Below, piece after piece: positions 41,287-51,368 of a DNA stretch of 64,000 nt. The stretch is taken from positions 229,778 to 293,777 of the forward strand of contig CAWATS010000023.1 of assembly GCA_963785005.1 (NCBI GenBank), in the 5' to 3' direction. The translations under genes were made by a program, and so were the position numbers. Position 1 is the stretch's first letter, and each line of letters opens with the position of its first letter. The stretch is from an uncultured Actinomycetota bacterium (GTDB lineage: Bacteria > Actinomycetota > Actinomycetes > Mycobacteriales > CADCTP01). The notes below the pieces were generated by a model. It saw only the letters and a program-made list of their open reading frames with translations, ran no database searches and was not told the origin of the DNA.

Positions 41287-41363
41287 CCGCGTGATCTTGC
41301 ACTTGTCGGCGACGGGAATGACTCATGTCCGATTCCGACGCCGCCAAGTGCAAGATCACGCGG
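41287..41363. repeat. 77-nt near-complete hairpin (19-bp perfect outer stem) between convergent genes
   Basis: CCGCGTGATCTTGCACTTG (41287-41305) pairs with CAAGTGCAAGATCACGCGG (41345-41363). Pairing continues inward (5 bp, then 3-6 bp) about centre 41325. The arms are AT-richer than the genome. Confidence 0.85.
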
Positions 41364-41374
41364 ACGGGGCGGGG

Positions 41375-42517
41375 TCAGCCGAGCTGCTTTCGGGCGTCCC
41401 GGCTGACCGCCACCCAGCGGTCCAGCACGTCGGCGGCCGCGCCGCTGTCCACCGCCGCCGCCGCCCGCCGCATCCCGTCCCGGATCGCGTCCTCGAGCGA
41501 GGTGGGCAGCCCGTCGTACGCGGCCAGCGCCGCGCCCGCGTTCAGCAGCACGGCGTCCCGCACCGCCCCCCGCTCGCCGGCCAGCAGCGCCCTCGCCACC
41601 CCGGCGTTGAACGCGGCGTCCGCGCCGCGCAGCGCGGCCCGGTCGGCCGCCGGCAGGTCCAGCGCCGCCGGGTCGAGCGCGGCGGCGTGCACCTCGCCGT
41701 CCCGGACCGCCCAGACCCGCGAGGTGGTGGTCGTGGTCAGCTCGTCCAGCCCGTCGTCGCCGCGGAAGACCAGCGCGGTGTCGCCGCGGGCGGCGAGCAC
41801 CGCGGCCATCACCGGGGCCATCCGGACGTCGGCGCAGCCGACGGCGGCGCTGCGGGGCCGTGCCGGGTTCGTCAGCGGGCCGAGGAAGTTGAACGCGGTC
41901 GGCACGCCCAGCTCCCGCCGCGGGACCGCCGCGTGCCGCATCCCCGGGTGGTAGACCGGCGCGAAGCAGAAGCCGATGCCGGTCTCGTCGACGCACCGGG
42001 CGACACCCGGGCCGGGCAGGTCGATCGCCACCCCGAGCGCCTCGAGCAGGTCGGCGGCTCCGCAGGCCGACGAGGCGGCGCGGTTGCCGTGCTTGACCAC
42101 CCGGGCGCCGGCGCCGGCGGCGACCAGGGCGGCCATCGTCGAGATGTTCACCGTGTGGGCGCGGTCACCACCGGTGCCCACCACGTCCAGGGCCGGTCCC
42201 GGCACGGCCACCGGCGCCGCGTTCGCCAGCATGGTCGCGACCAGGCCGGCGAGCTCGTCCGGCGTCTCGCCCTTGGCCCGCAGCAGCACCGCGAAGGCCG
42301 CCAGCTGCGCCGGGGTCGCCTCCCCGGACATCACCTCGGCCATCGCCCAGGCGGTGTCCGCGCCGTCCAGCGACTCACCCCGCAGCAGCGTCCCGAGCAC
42401 CGCCGGCCAGGTCGGCACCTGCGCCGGTGCCGCCGCGCTGCCCGCCCCGGGCAGGTCCGGGACGGCCGCAGCGGGCGGCCGGGAGGCGGGGTCCGGGGGC
42501 GGCCCGGGCGCGGTCAC
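41375..42517 (-). CDS. trpD: anthranilate phosphoribosyltransferase
   Basis: 380 aa with a GTG start. It has the motifs [16 protein letters not shown] and KHGNRAASS. Confidence 0.9.
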   Translation of the reverse strand: MTAPGPPPDPASRPPAAAVPDLPGAGSAAAPAQVPTWPAVLGTLLRGESLDGADTAWAMAEVMSGEATPAQLAAFAVLLRAKGETPDELAGLVATMLANAAPVAVPGPALDVVGTGGDRAHTVNISTMAALVAAGAGARVVKHGNRAASSACGAADLLEALGVAIDLPGPGVARCVDETGIGFCFAPVYHPGMRHAAVPRRELGVPTAFNFLGPLTNPARPRSAAVGCADVRMAPVMAAVLAARGDTALVFRGDDGLDELTTTTTSRVWAVRDGEVHAAALDPAALDLPAADRAALRGADAAFNAGVARALLAGERGAVRDAVLLNAGAALAAYDGLPTSLEDAIRDGMRRAAAAVDSGAAADVLDRWVAVSRDARKQLG

Positions 42518-42524
42518 GACGGTC

Positions 42525-42944
42525 CTACCGGACGACCGGCAGGCCGCGGGCCCGGTCGCGCAGCAGCTGCGCGACCGTCTCGGCGGCGGTCACCGGGTCG
42601 AGCGGGCGGTCCAGCGTGGCGTCGGCGAGCGACCAGGTCGCCAGCCAGCGGTCGTCCCGGCGGCCGAGCAGCACGCACAGCGCCGGGCAGTCGTCGATCT
42701 CGTTCTTCAGCTGCCTGCTGATGCCCATCCCCCCGGTCGGCTGGGCCTCGCCGTCCAGGATGGCCACGTCCACGCCGCCGGCGTCGATCCGGGCGACCAC
42801 CTGCTCACCGGTCTCGCACTCGACCCACTCGACCCGACCGAGGTCCGCTGCCGGCCGCCGGCCGACCGCCGCCCGGACCTGCTCGCGCACGGCCGGGTCC
42901 TGGCTGAACACGATCACGGTCGAGGACGCGAGCGGGACGGTCAT
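42525..42944 (-). CDS. conserved single-domain protein, receiver (CheY)-like fold suspected
   Basis: 139 codons from ATG 42944 ([13 protein letters not shown]...[23 protein letters not shown]). It is not a confident family assignment. Confidence 0.5.
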   Translation of the reverse strand: MTVPLASSTVIVFSQDPAVREQVRAAVGRRPAADLGRVEWVECETGEQVVARIDAGGVDVAILDGEAQPTGGMGISRQLKNEIDDCPALCVLLGRRDDRWLATWSLADATLDRPLDPVTAAETVAQLLRDRARGLPVVR

Positions 42945-42987
42945 GAGCGCGATCGTAGAGGGGCCGCCGGGGACGGCCGCAATGCCA

Positions 42988-43060
42988 TGCCCGCGCCTGC
43001 GCGGGGAGACCGGTGCCCGCGGCTGCGCGAATGGTGCCTGTGCCCGCGCCTTGCGCGGGG
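42988..43060. repeat. three related GC-rich palindromic units
   Basis: The units are TGCCCGCGCCTGCGCGGGG (42988-43006), TGCCCGCGGCTGCGCGA (43014-43030) and TGCCCGCGCCTTGCGCGGGG (43041-43060). They lie immediately 3' of the small minus-strand ORF. Confidence 0.7.
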
Positions 43061-43063
43061 TGG

Positions 43064-43240
43064 TCAGCGACGCTGCCAGGCCTCCGGGCGCCGGGAGGCG
43101 CTCGTCGAGTGGACGAAGCAGTTGGGACCCGGGTTGTACGCCGACAGCCGCTCTCCGCAGACGAGGCATTCACGCCGGGTCGTCGAGACCTTGCGCACCG
43201 CACGCTGCGTGCCACTGCCGGGACGGGATCCAGAGACCAC
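43064..43240 (-). CDS. small protein (58 aa) not in the ORF track, CxxC...C..H motif
   Basis: GTG 43240 is preceded by GGAGGAGAC. It encodes VVSGSRPGSGTQRAVRKVSTTRRECLVCGERLSAYNPGPNCFVHSTSASRRPEAWQRR. Third-codon positions are mostly G/C, and it fills an otherwise empty 380-nt gap. Confidence 0.55.
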   Translation of the reverse strand: MVSGSRPGSGTQRAVRKVSTTRRECLVCGERLSAYNPGPNCFVHSTSASRRPEAWQRR

Positions 43241-43323
43241 GTCTCCTCCGCCTCAGACGTGCCGGCCCCTGCCGGGGCGGCAGCGAATCGACCACGGCAC
43301 TGTAGGCCGGACGGATCATGAGG

Positions 43324-44361
43324 TCAACGCTGCGGCCCGCGCGCCGTTCCTCCGTCCGCCGGCCCCGGTGGGGGCATCTCCCACCACACCGGCTGCGTCA
43401 GGTCGTCGGCCTCGGCGGCCCCCGCGGCGACCCGGGCGCGCTGCTCGCGGTCCAGCCGGCGGTCGGTGCGCACCGCCTCCCGGTCCGACGCCCGCGCCCA
43501 CTGCGCCACCAGCACGCCGAGCATCAGCAGCCCGACCAGGTCGCCGGACGCCCAGAGCAGGCCGCCGCCCACCCGCTGGTCGGACAGCGGGTCGGACCAG
43601 CTCAGCCCGAGCCCGAGGTAGTGCTCACCGGCGATCAGCCCGGACATGCTCATGATCGTCACGCCGAGGATCGCGTGGAACGGCAGGGTGCTGAAGACGA
43701 GCAGGAAGCGCAGCGGGTACGGCACCCGCCCGGGCACCGGGTCCAGCCCGACCAGCGGCCAGAAGAACAGGCAGCCGATGACGAGGAAGTGCAGGTGCAG
43801 CAGCTCGTGCAGCCACGGGTTCTCGAGGGTCGCCGGGTACCAGCCGGTGTAGTAGAGCGCGAACGGGCTGCCGACGAACAGCAGCCAGCCGACCGGCGGG
43901 AAGGTCAGCACCCGCACCACCCGGCTGTGCAGCACCGCGAGCAGCGCCCGCCGACCCGGCGCCGGCAGCGTCCGCAGCGCGAGGGTGATCGGGGCACCCA
44001 ACGCGAGGAACACCGGCGCCACCATCGAGAGCACCATGTGCTGGACCATGTGGACGCTGAACAGCGTCTCGTCGTACGTCCCGAGCCCGCTCATGGTGGC
44101 CACCGCGATCGAGCCGAGGCCGCCGCCCAGCCAGGCGACGGTGCGGCCCGCCGGCCACCGGTCGCCGCGGGCCCGCAGCTCGCGCACCCCCCACAGGTAG
44201 AGCCCCGCGGCGAGCACCAGACCCACCGCCAGCACCGGGTCGAGCCGGCTCTCGACGACCAGCCGGCCGACGTCGAACGGGGGCAGCCCGGCGGCGTCCC
44301 CGCCGGGTGCGGACAGCACGCCGGTCACCCCGCAAAGGTACGTGCCGACCTGCGTGAACAC
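43324..44361 (-). CDS. cytochrome c oxidase assembly protein (caa3-type CtaG family)
   Basis: A polytopic membrane protein (MVQHMVLSMVAPVFLALGAP..., HLHFLVIGCLFFWP). The start is uncertain; GTG 44361 was chosen. It is divergent from ctaE. Confidence 0.7.
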   Translation of the reverse strand: MFTQVGTYLCGVTGVLSAPGGDAAGLPPFDVGRLVVESRLDPVLAVGLVLAAGLYLWGVRELRARGDRWPAGRTVAWLGGGLGSIAVATMSGLGTYDETLFSVHMVQHMVLSMVAPVFLALGAPITLALRTLPAPGRRALLAVLHSRVVRVLTFPPVGWLLFVGSPFALYYTGWYPATLENPWLHELLHLHFLVIGCLFFWPLVGLDPVPGRVPYPLRFLLVFSTLPFHAILGVTIMSMSGLIAGEHYLGLGLSWSDPLSDQRVGGGLLWASGDLVGLLMLGVLVAQWARASDREAVRTDRRLDREQRARVAAGAAEADDLTQPVWWEMPPPGPADGGTARGPQR

Positions 44362-44410
44362 GCCCGTACCCCGGCGGGTGTGAGCGCCGCGACCATGGAA
44401 TGATGCTGCC

Positions 44411-45007
44411 GTGACGACGACGGCTTTCGAGAGCGGCCGGGTCCACTCGCTGACGCGGCCCAACATGGTGAGCGTCGGCACCATCATCTGGCTGTCCAGC
44501 GAGCTGATGTTCTTCGCCGGGCTGTTCGCGATGTACTTCACCGTCCGCGCCGCGCACCCCGACGACTGGCCGATGGAGCCCACCGAGCTCAACCTGCCGT
44601 ACGCGACGGTCTTCACGATCATCCTGGTGTCGTCCTCGTTCACCTGCCAGTGGGGGGTCTTCGCGGCCGAGCGCGGCGACGTCTTCGGCCTGCGCCGGTG
44701 GTTCCTGATCACCTTCGTGCTCGGCCTGATCTTCGTGCTCGGCCAGGCCAACGAGTACCGCAGCCTGGTCGCCGAGGGCACCTCGATCTCCTCGTCCGGC
44801 TACGGCTCGGTCTTCTACCTGACCACCGGCTTCCACGGGCTGCACGTGATCGGCGGCCTCATCGCCTTCGTCTTCATGCTCGCCCGCTCGACCATGGGCC
44901 GGTTCACCCCCGCGCAGGCCACCAGCGCGATCGTGGTCTCGTACTACTGGCACTTCGTCGACGTGGTCTGGATCGGTCTGTTCGCCACCATCTACCTGGT
45001 GCGCTGA
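44411..45007 (+). CDS. ctaE: cytochrome c oxidase subunit III
   Basis: 198 aa with a GTG start and a family-typical sequence ([27 protein letters not shown]). Confidence 0.9.
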   Translation: MTTTAFESGRVHSLTRPNMVSVGTIIWLSSELMFFAGLFAMYFTVRAAHPDDWPMEPTELNLPYATVFTIILVSSSFTCQWGVFAAERGDVFGLRRWFLITFVLGLIFVLGQANEYRSLVAEGTSISSSGYGSVFYLTTGFHGLHVIGGLIAFVFMLARSTMGRFTPAQATSAIVVSYYWHFVDVVWIGLFATIYLVR

Positions 45008-45074
45008 TCGGCGTGCCCGCTGCCAACGGTCTTCTCCTCCGCCACCCCGGCGCCGACCGCGAAGGTGTGACTCG

Positions 45075-45884
45075 ATGACGGATCGCCCCTCGACGGTGAC
45101 GGGCAGGCGGCTGCGCCGGCGGCTGTCCGGGACGCTGGCGCTGGCCCTCGCGCTGGGGGCGGTCGGCGTGGGCTACTCCACCGTGGCGGCCGCGGCGGCG
45201 CCGAAGGCGGCGACCGAGGCGCCGGCGACCGACCCGATCGCGCTGCGCAAGGGCCGCCAGCTCTACGAGCAGGGCTGCGTCACCTGCCACGGGAGAAACC
45301 TGCAGGGCGTCCAGGACCGCGGCCCCTCGCTGATCGGCACCGGCGAGGCGGCGGTCTACTTCCAGGTCAGCACCGGCCGGATGCCGGTCGTCCGGCAGGA
45401 GGCACAGGTCGAGCGCAAGCCGCCGAAGTACGACGACACCGAGACGCGGCAGATGGCGGCGTACGTGCAGTCCGTCGGCGGCGGCCCGGAGCTGCCCACC
45501 GGCGACCTGCGCGGCGACGACGCGAACCTGGCCGAGGGCGGCGAGCTGTTCCGGCTCAACTGCGCGTCCTGCCACAACTTCGCCGGCCGCGGCGGACCGC
45601 TGTCCGCCGGGAAGTACGCGCCGAGCCTGGACCAGTCGAGCGACCTGGTGATGTGGACCGCGATGCTGTCGGGCCCGCAGAACATGCCGGTCTTCAGCGA
45701 CAACCAGCTCACCGAGGAGCAGAAGCAGGCGATCACCAACTACGTCCAGACCCTCAAGGCCGAGCGGGACCCGGGTGGCAGCTCGATCGGCCGGCTCGGC
45801 CCGGTGCCGGAGGGACTGGTGATCTGGGTGGTCGGGATCGGGGCGATCATGCTGATGATCCTGTGGATCGGAGCGAAGTCGTGA
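45075..45884 (+). CDS. qcrC: cytochrome bc1 complex dihaem cytochrome c subunit
   Basis: 269 aa with two CxxCH motifs (CVTCH, CASCH), an N-terminal signal/anchor and a C-terminal TM segment. Confidence 0.9.
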   Translation: MTDRPSTVTGRRLRRRLSGTLALALALGAVGVGYSTVAAAAAPKAATEAPATDPIALRKGRQLYEQGCVTCHGRNLQGVQDRGPSLIGTGEAAVYFQVSTGRMPVVRQEAQVERKPPKYDDTETRQMAAYVQSVGGGPELPTGDLRGDDANLAEGGELFRLNCASCHNFAGRGGPLSAGKYAPSLDQSSDLVMWTAMLSGPQNMPVFSDNQLTEEQKQAITNYVQTLKAERDPGGSSIGRLGPVPEGLVIWVVGIGAIMLMILWIGAKS

Positions 45885-46933
45885 GCACGCACGACACCGG
45901 CACGCCGCCGCAGCCGCCGATCGACGTCGACGAGCTCGCGCAGCTCCCGATGGACGAGCGGGCGCGGGTCGCGGCCGCGGTCGACGGCGTGCACATCGTG
46001 CACCGCCGCGAGCGCTTCCCGGTCCCCGGCACCCGCGGCGAGCGGCGGGCCGAGCGGGCGGTCGCCGCCTGCTTCCTGCTGACCTTCCTCGGCGCCGTCG
46101 CCTTCACGGTGGCCTACGTCGTGCTTCCCTGGCGCTACGACCCGTCCGACCAGGCGTACACCTGGTTCACCCCGGTCCTGGGGGTGACGATGGCGCTCGG
46201 GCTGGTCGGCATCGGCATCGGCGTGGTGCTGTGGGCGAAGTGGCTGATCCCGGAGGAGGAGACGGTTCAGGATCGGCACGAGGGCCGCTCCCCCGAGCTC
46301 GACCGGCGGACCGCGGCAGCCACGATCGTCGACGGGCTCGCGATCACCGGCATCGCCCGCCGCTCCCTGCTGCAGAAGACGCTCGGGCTGTCCGCGCTCG
46401 CCCTCGGCGCGCTCGCGGTGGTCCCGTTCGGCGGCCTGATCAAGAAGCCGAAGGGCATGGCCGAGACCGGCTGGGAGGCCGGGGTCCGGATGATGACCAG
46501 CGACCGGCGGCTGGTGCGCCCGGGCGACCTGCTGGCGGGCAGCATCGAGACGGTCTTCCCGGCCACCCCGGACGGGCTGACCACCCAGGTCGTCGCCGAC
46601 TCCGTGGTGCTGCTGATCCGGCTGCGGCCGGGCCAGACGGTGCGCCCGCTGGCCGGTCAGGAGGACTTCGGCTGGCAGGACTTCATCGCCTACTCGAAGA
46701 TCTGCACCCACGCCGGCTGCCCGGCCTCGCTCTACGAGCAGCAGACCGGGCGGCTGCTGTGCCCCTGCCACCAGTCGCAGTTCGACCTGCTCCAGGACGC
46801 GACGCCGGTCTTCGGGCCGGCCACCCGGCCGCTGCCGAAACTGGCGATCACCGTGGACGAGGAAGGATACTTCGTCGCGAGGATGGACTTCGTCGAGCCG
46901 ATCGGGCCCAGCTTCTGGGAGCGTCCGTCATGA
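45881..46933 (+). CDS. qcrA: cytochrome bc1 complex Rieske iron-sulfur subunit
   Basis: GTG 45881 makes a GTGA overlap with the qcrC stop. It has Rieske motifs CTHAGC and CPCHQS. Confidence 0.9.
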   Translation: MSTHDTGTPPQPPIDVDELAQLPMDERARVAAAVDGVHIVHRRERFPVPGTRGERRAERAVAACFLLTFLGAVAFTVAYVVLPWRYDPSDQAYTWFTPVLGVTMALGLVGIGIGVVLWAKWLIPEEETVQDRHEGRSPELDRRTAAATIVDGLAITGIARRSLLQKTLGLSALALGALAVVPFGGLIKKPKGMAETGWEAGVRMMTSDRRLVRPGDLLAGSIETVFPATPDGLTTQVVADSVVLLIRLRPGQTVRPLAGQEDFGWQDFIAYSKICTHAGCPASLYEQQTGRLLCPCHQSQFDLLQDATPVFGPATRPLPKLAITVDEEGYFVARMDFVEPIGPSFWERPS

Positions 46934-48546
46934 GCCAGACCACGACAACCCCCGCCGACAAGGCAGCCGACTGGGTCGACTCGCGCCTGACCATCGCCGC
47001 CCCGGTGCGGCGCGGCCTGAACAAGGTCTTCCCCGACCACTGGTCGTTCATGATGGGCGAGATCGCGCTCTACTCGTTCATCATCCTGCTGCTGACCGGG
47101 ACGTACCTGTCGTTCTTCTTCGACCCGTCGATGACCGAGGTCCAGTACGACGGCAGCTACTCGCTGTTGCGCGGGGTCGAGATGTCCCGGGCGTACGACT
47201 CGACGCTCGACATCTCCTTCGACGTCCGCGGCGGGCTGCTGATGCGGCAGATCCACCACTGGGCCGCGCTGCTGTTCCTCGCCGCGATGACCGTGCACAT
47301 GCTCCGGGTCTTCTTCACCGGCGGGTTCCGCAAGCCGCGTGAGATCAACTGGCTGCTCGGCGTCGGCCTGCTGACCCTCGGCATCCTCGAGGGCTTCGCG
47401 GGCTACTCGCTGCCGGACGACCTGCTCTCCGGCACCGGGCTGCGCATCGCGCACGCGATCATGCTGTCCATCCCGGTGGTCGGCACCTGGGTGGCGTTCG
47501 CGGTGTTCGGCTCGGAGTTCCCCGGCACCGAGATCATCCCGCGGCTGTACATCGTGCACGTGCTGCTGGTCCCGGCCATCATCCTCGCGCTGATCGCGGT
47601 GCACGTGGGCCTGGTCGTGAAGCAGAAGCACAGCCAGTTCCCCGGAGCCGGCCGGACCGAGCACAACGTGGTCGGCGAGCGGATGTACCCGCTGTACGCG
47701 CTGAAGGCGGGCGGCTTCTTCTTCCTGGTCTTCGCCGTGATGGCGCTGCTGAGCGGGCTGGTGCAGATCAACCCGGTCTGGCTGTACGGGCCGTACAACC
47801 CCGCCCAGGTGAGCGCGGGCTCGCAGCCCGACTGGTACGTCGGCTTCCTCGACGGGTCCACCCGGCTGTTCCCGGCCTGGGAGATCCGCGCCTTCGACTA
47901 CACGATCTCGCCGATCTTCTGGCCGACGATCGTGCTGCCGGGGATCCTGTTCACGCTGCTCGCGCTCTACCCGTTCATCGAGGCGCGGCTGACGAAGGAC
48001 CGGGCGTCGCACAACCTGCTGCAGCGGCCGCGGGACGTCCCGGTGCGCACGTCGCTGGGCGCGATGGCGCTGACGTTCTACGTGGTGCTGCTGCTGTCCG
48101 GCGGCAACGACGTCATCGCGAACAAGTTCGACATCAGCCTGAACGCGATGACCTGGACCGGCCGGATCGCGGTGATCGTGCTGCCCCCGCTGGCCTACGT
48201 GACGGCGTACCTGCTCTGCCTGGGCCTGCAGCGGGCCGACCGCGAGGTGCTCGAGCACGGCGTGGAGACCGGCATCATCAAGCGGCTGCCGTCGGGCGAG
48301 TTCATCGAGGTGCACCAGCCACTCGGCGCGGTGGACGAGCACGGCCACGGCGAGCTGGAGTACGCGGGCTCGCCGGTGCCGAGGAAGATGAACCGGCTGA
48401 CCTCCGCCGGCCGGCGGTCCCGCGGCTTCCTCTGGCCGGTTCGGGAGCCGGCCGAGCTGCAGGACCGCTCCGACACCGAGCGGGCGCTGGAGGAGGGCGA
48501 GCAGTCTCGGCAGCTGGCCGGCCGGCCGAGGGACCCGGAGCTCTAG
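46930..48546 (+). CDS. qcrB: cytochrome bc1 complex cytochrome b subunit
   Basis: ATG 46930 makes an ATGA overlap with the qcrA stop. It is polytopic with conserved haem-ligand His regions ([21 protein letters not shown]). Confidence 0.9.
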   Translation: MSQTTTTPADKAADWVDSRLTIAAPVRRGLNKVFPDHWSFMMGEIALYSFIILLLTGTYLSFFFDPSMTEVQYDGSYSLLRGVEMSRAYDSTLDISFDVRGGLLMRQIHHWAALLFLAAMTVHMLRVFFTGGFRKPREINWLLGVGLLTLGILEGFAGYSLPDDLLSGTGLRIAHAIMLSIPVVGTWVAFAVFGSEFPGTEIIPRLYIVHVLLVPAIILALIAVHVGLVVKQKHSQFPGAGRTEHNVVGERMYPLYALKAGGFFFLVFAVMALLSGLVQINPVWLYGPYNPAQVSAGSQPDWYVGFLDGSTRLFPAWEIRAFDYTISPIFWPTIVLPGILFTLLALYPFIEARLTKDRASHNLLQRPRDVPVRTSLGAMALTFYVVLLLSGGNDVIANKFDISLNAMTWTGRIAVIVLPPLAYVTAYLLCLGLQRADREVLEHGVETGIIKRLPSGEFIEVHQPLGAVDEHGHGELEYAGSPVPRKMNRLTSAGRRSRGFLWPVREPAELQDRSDTERALEEGEQSRQLAGRPRDPEL

Positions 48547-49703
48547 GAGGACCTCTCCCAGCTGAGGTCGAGGGCAGCACCGGCGTCGCCGGCCCAGCGC
48601 TCGGCCTCCGCCTCCGCGGACTTGCGGACGTTCGGGCGGAGCCGGCCGAACGGTGCGACGGTGACCTCGAGCCGGCCCGCCCTGGCCTCCTGGGTCCAGG
48701 TGCCGACGAGCCGGCCGCCGTCGAGCAGCACCGGCGAGATCCAGCCGCTGGTCCGCGACACCCGGTCCCGGAACGGCCCGGGCAGCAGGTGCTCGAGCTG
48801 GCGCAGCGCTCCGACCACGTACGGGTCGAAGGCGCCGAGCAGCCGGACCACCCGGCTCGGCGCCGTTGCCGCCACCTCGTCCGCGGCCTGCCGGGTGAGC
48901 CAGCCCCGGTGGCCCTCGGTGTCGAGCTCGACCAGCTCGTCAGCCAGCGACGCGACCGCACGGCGCAGCACCGGCTTGTCCAGCGCGGACCAGCGGGACA
49001 GCTCGTCCAGGCCCGCCGGGCCGTACCCGCCCAGGAACCGGCGGACGACCTCGGCGACGGCCTCGTCCGGGTCGAGCTCGGCCCAGTCGCCCAGCCACGC
49101 GCGCGGCGCGACGAAGGTGACACTGCGCTCCTCCGGAGGGCCGAAGGCGAGCTGGCCGCGCGCGGCCAGCGGCTTGAGCACCGCGCCCCAGCCCGACAGC
49201 AGCCGGTCCTCCAGCTGCGGGCGCTTCGTCCGCCGCGCCACCTCACGGGCCAGCCGCTCGCGGGTGATCGGGGTGCCGCTCAGCACCGCCGGGACGGTCT
49301 GCTCGATCGCGGTCATGTCGTCGGCTGTCACCTCGTGGTAGCGGTACCAGGAGGCGGGGCGGGGGAAGCTGCGGGTGCCGAGGGCGGCCGACCAGAGCGG
49401 GAGGTCCGCGGCGGGCAGCAGGTGCAGGGTGCCGCGGACCGCCCAGGTCTTGACCAGCGTGCGGTCCTCGGCCAGCGCGCGCCGGACGTCCGCCGCCCCG
49501 ATTCGGCCGGCGGTGCGCAGCCGGACGGCGGCCTCGGCGGCGGAGGCGAGCTGGGCGTGCACGCCGGACAGCCGGCGTACCAGCGGCACCAGCCCGTCGG
49601 TCGCCGGGCGGTCGAGGTGGTGGCGCCCGACCCGCCAGGCCAGGACGCGGTCCCAGCTCGCCGGGACGGCGGGACCGGCGGCGGTGCGCCGGCGGGGCGG
49701 CAC
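48543..49703 (-). CDS. winged-helix HTH_42-superfamily protein (YcaQ/AlkZ-like DNA glycosylase family)
   Basis: 386 codons from GTG 49703, 9 nt after the ctaF stop. It has a family pattern ([31 protein letters not shown]). Its TAG shares the tetranucleotide CTAG (48543-48546) with the qcrB TAG. Confidence 0.7.
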   Translation of the reverse strand: MPPRRRTAAGPAVPASWDRVLAWRVGRHHLDRPATDGLVPLVRRLSGVHAQLASAAEAAVRLRTAGRIGAADVRRALAEDRTLVKTWAVRGTLHLLPAADLPLWSAALGTRSFPRPASWYRYHEVTADDMTAIEQTVPAVLSGTPITRERLAREVARRTKRPQLEDRLLSGWGAVLKPLAARGQLAFGPPEERSVTFVAPRAWLGDWAELDPDEAVAEVVRRFLGGYGPAGLDELSRWSALDKPVLRRAVASLADELVELDTEGHRGWLTRQAADEVAATAPSRVVRLLGAFDPYVVGALRQLEHLLPGPFRDRVSRTSGWISPVLLDGGRLVGTWTQEARAGRLEVTVAPFGRLRPNVRKSAEAEAERWAGDAGAALDLSWERSS

Positions 49704-49711
49704 CGGACCGG

Positions 49712-50137
49712 CTAGACGGTCGGCGAGGTGTGACCGCGGGTGTAGTACTCGAAGAGCAGGCCGCCGACGGCGAACAGCACCGCGACGATGCCGACGGCCA
49801 CCAGCCACCACTCGAGGAAGACCAGTCCCAGCCCGGCGAGCGCGGCGGACGCCGCCAGCGTGATCGGCCAGTAGCTGCCCGGGCTGAAGAAGCCCAGCTC
49901 GCCGGCGCCCTCGGCGATGTCCGCGTCCCGGCGGTCCTCCGGGCGCAGGTCGATCCGGCGGGCGACGAAGGCGAAGTAGCTGCCGATGATCAGGCACAGC
50001 CCGCCGGACAGGATCAGCGCGGTGGTGCCGATGACCTCCACCCGGCCGCTGTCACCCCAGGTCCAGATCCCGTACACGATGGCGAACGCGAACAGCAGCC
50101 CGCACAGGACCCCGAACAGCCGCGCCTCGACCCGCAT
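49712..50137 (-). CDS. ctaF: cytochrome c oxidase subunit IV (actinobacterial CtaF)
   Basis: 141 aa with four hydrophobic segments. It sits immediately downstream of ctaC. Confidence 0.8.
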   Translation of the reverse strand: MRVEARLFGVLCGLLFAFAIVYGIWTWGDSGRVEVIGTTALILSGGLCLIIGSYFAFVARRIDLRPEDRRDADIAEGAGELGFFSPGSYWPITLAASAALAGLGLVFLEWWLVAVGIVAVLFAVGGLLFEYYTRGHTSPTV

Positions 50138-50146
50138 CCGCCCTCC

Positions 50147-51070
50147 TCAGTTCCCCGAGACCGGCTGGACCGGGTCGGACGGGGCCCGCTGCTGCCGGTC
50201 GCTCTCGAACGGGTAGGTGGTGGTCGCCCGGGCCGGCTGCCCGATCGCGGCCAGCGCCTTCGCCTGGCGGTCGAGGTCGTCGTTGCCGAAGCTGGCGAGC
50301 GCGCCGAGATAGCGCTGGTACTGCGAGTCGCTGACGACCCGCATCTCGAAGTTCATCTGCGAGTGGTACGTCCCGCACAGCTCGGCGCAGCGGCCCACGT
50401 ACGAGCCCCGGACCACCGGCCGGATCTGCCACTCGTTGTTCTGGTTCTTCGTCGCCGCCGGGAAGACGTCCCGCTTGAACAGCGTCTCGGGCACCCAGAA
50501 CGAGTGGATCACGTCGATGGAGTTGACCACGAAGCGGACGTTCTTGTTCTCCGGGATCACCACGACCGGGATCTCGTCCGTGGTCCCGTAGGTGTACACG
50601 AGATCGTCGGTCCGCGGGTCGCGCCGGTCGTTGTAGCTGAACTGCCAGTTCCACTTGAACGCGGTGACCGTGACCGTGGTGTCCGGCCGCTGCCGGAGGT
50701 CGGTGACATAGGTCTGGGTGATCGCGGTGTAGTAGAAGAGCACCGCGATGATCAGGAACGGGACGACCGTGTAGAGCGCCTCGATCGGCATGTTGTACTT
50801 CGTCTGCCGGGGCAGCTCGGTGCCCCGCCGCCGGTACGCGACGCAGACCCAGAACATCAGGCCCCAGACGAGCGCGCCCACGACCAGCGCGGCGACCGTG
50901 GACCAGGTCCACAGCACCCGCATCCGCTCGGCCTGCTCGGTGATGCCGCGCGGCCAGCCGAAGCGCAGGTCGTCCTCGATCTCGGCGCGCGTGCAGGCCG
51001 ACAGCGCCAGCACGACCAGCAGCGAGCCCGCGGACAGCCGCGCGACCCGACCGGAACGACCGCGACCCAC
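50147..51070 (-). CDS. ctaC: cytochrome c oxidase subunit II
   Basis: 307 aa with a GTG start and a lipoprotein-like LALSAC. The CuA motif reads HSFWVP...CAELCGTYHSQM. Confidence 0.9.
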   Translation of the reverse strand: MGRGRSGRVARLSAGSLLVVLALSACTRAEIEDDLRFGWPRGITEQAERMRVLWTWSTVAALVVGALVWGLMFWVCVAYRRRGTELPRQTKYNMPIEALYTVVPFLIIAVLFYYTAITQTYVTDLRQRPDTTVTVTAFKWNWQFSYNDRRDPRTDDLVYTYGTTDEIPVVVIPENKNVRFVVNSIDVIHSFWVPETLFKRDVFPAATKNQNNEWQIRPVVRGSYVGRCAELCGTYHSQMNFEMRVVSDSQYQRYLGALASFGNDDLDRQAKALAAIGQPARATTTYPFESDRQQRAPSDPVQPVSGN

Positions 51071-51298
51071 GTGCCGCCCTCCCCTGCCGACCGGTGCGAA
51101 CTCCTCGTGCGTCCGGCTTTCCCGAACACGCGGAGACTACCCGCCCGGACGGGTCCGAGCCTCCCCGGGTCCGTCCGCCGCGCCGCCGCAAGCCTCCGCC
51201 AGCACGCCGCGTGCCCGGCCCGGTCCGCGTTGTCGATCACGTTCGCCGACCGGCCGGTTCGACCCGCCGTCCGACCGGCCGGGCCGCCCGCCCTCCAG

Positions 51299-51330
51299 CG
51301 CGCAAGGTGATCGTCGATCACCCTTGCGCG
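51299..51330. promoter_or_regulatory. 32-nt near-perfect palindrome upstream of the cysteine desulfurase gene (operator candidate)
   Basis: CGCGCAAGGTGATCG-T-CGATCACCCTTGCGCG has one bulged base. The 9-mer GTCGATCAC recurs at 51232-51240. Confidence 0.4.
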
Positions 51331-51368
51331 GCGGGCGGCGGTGGGGGCCGCGGGCGTACCGTCGCCGC

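Noticed and set aside
40262-42721. Track ORFs starting MILHLAASESDMSH... (minus strand, 40262..41359) and MILHLSATGMTH... (plus strand, 41291..42721)
   Set aside because: Their similar N-termini are mirror translations of the 41287-41363 inverted repeat. The remainders are antisense to the ferredoxin-like gene and trpD.
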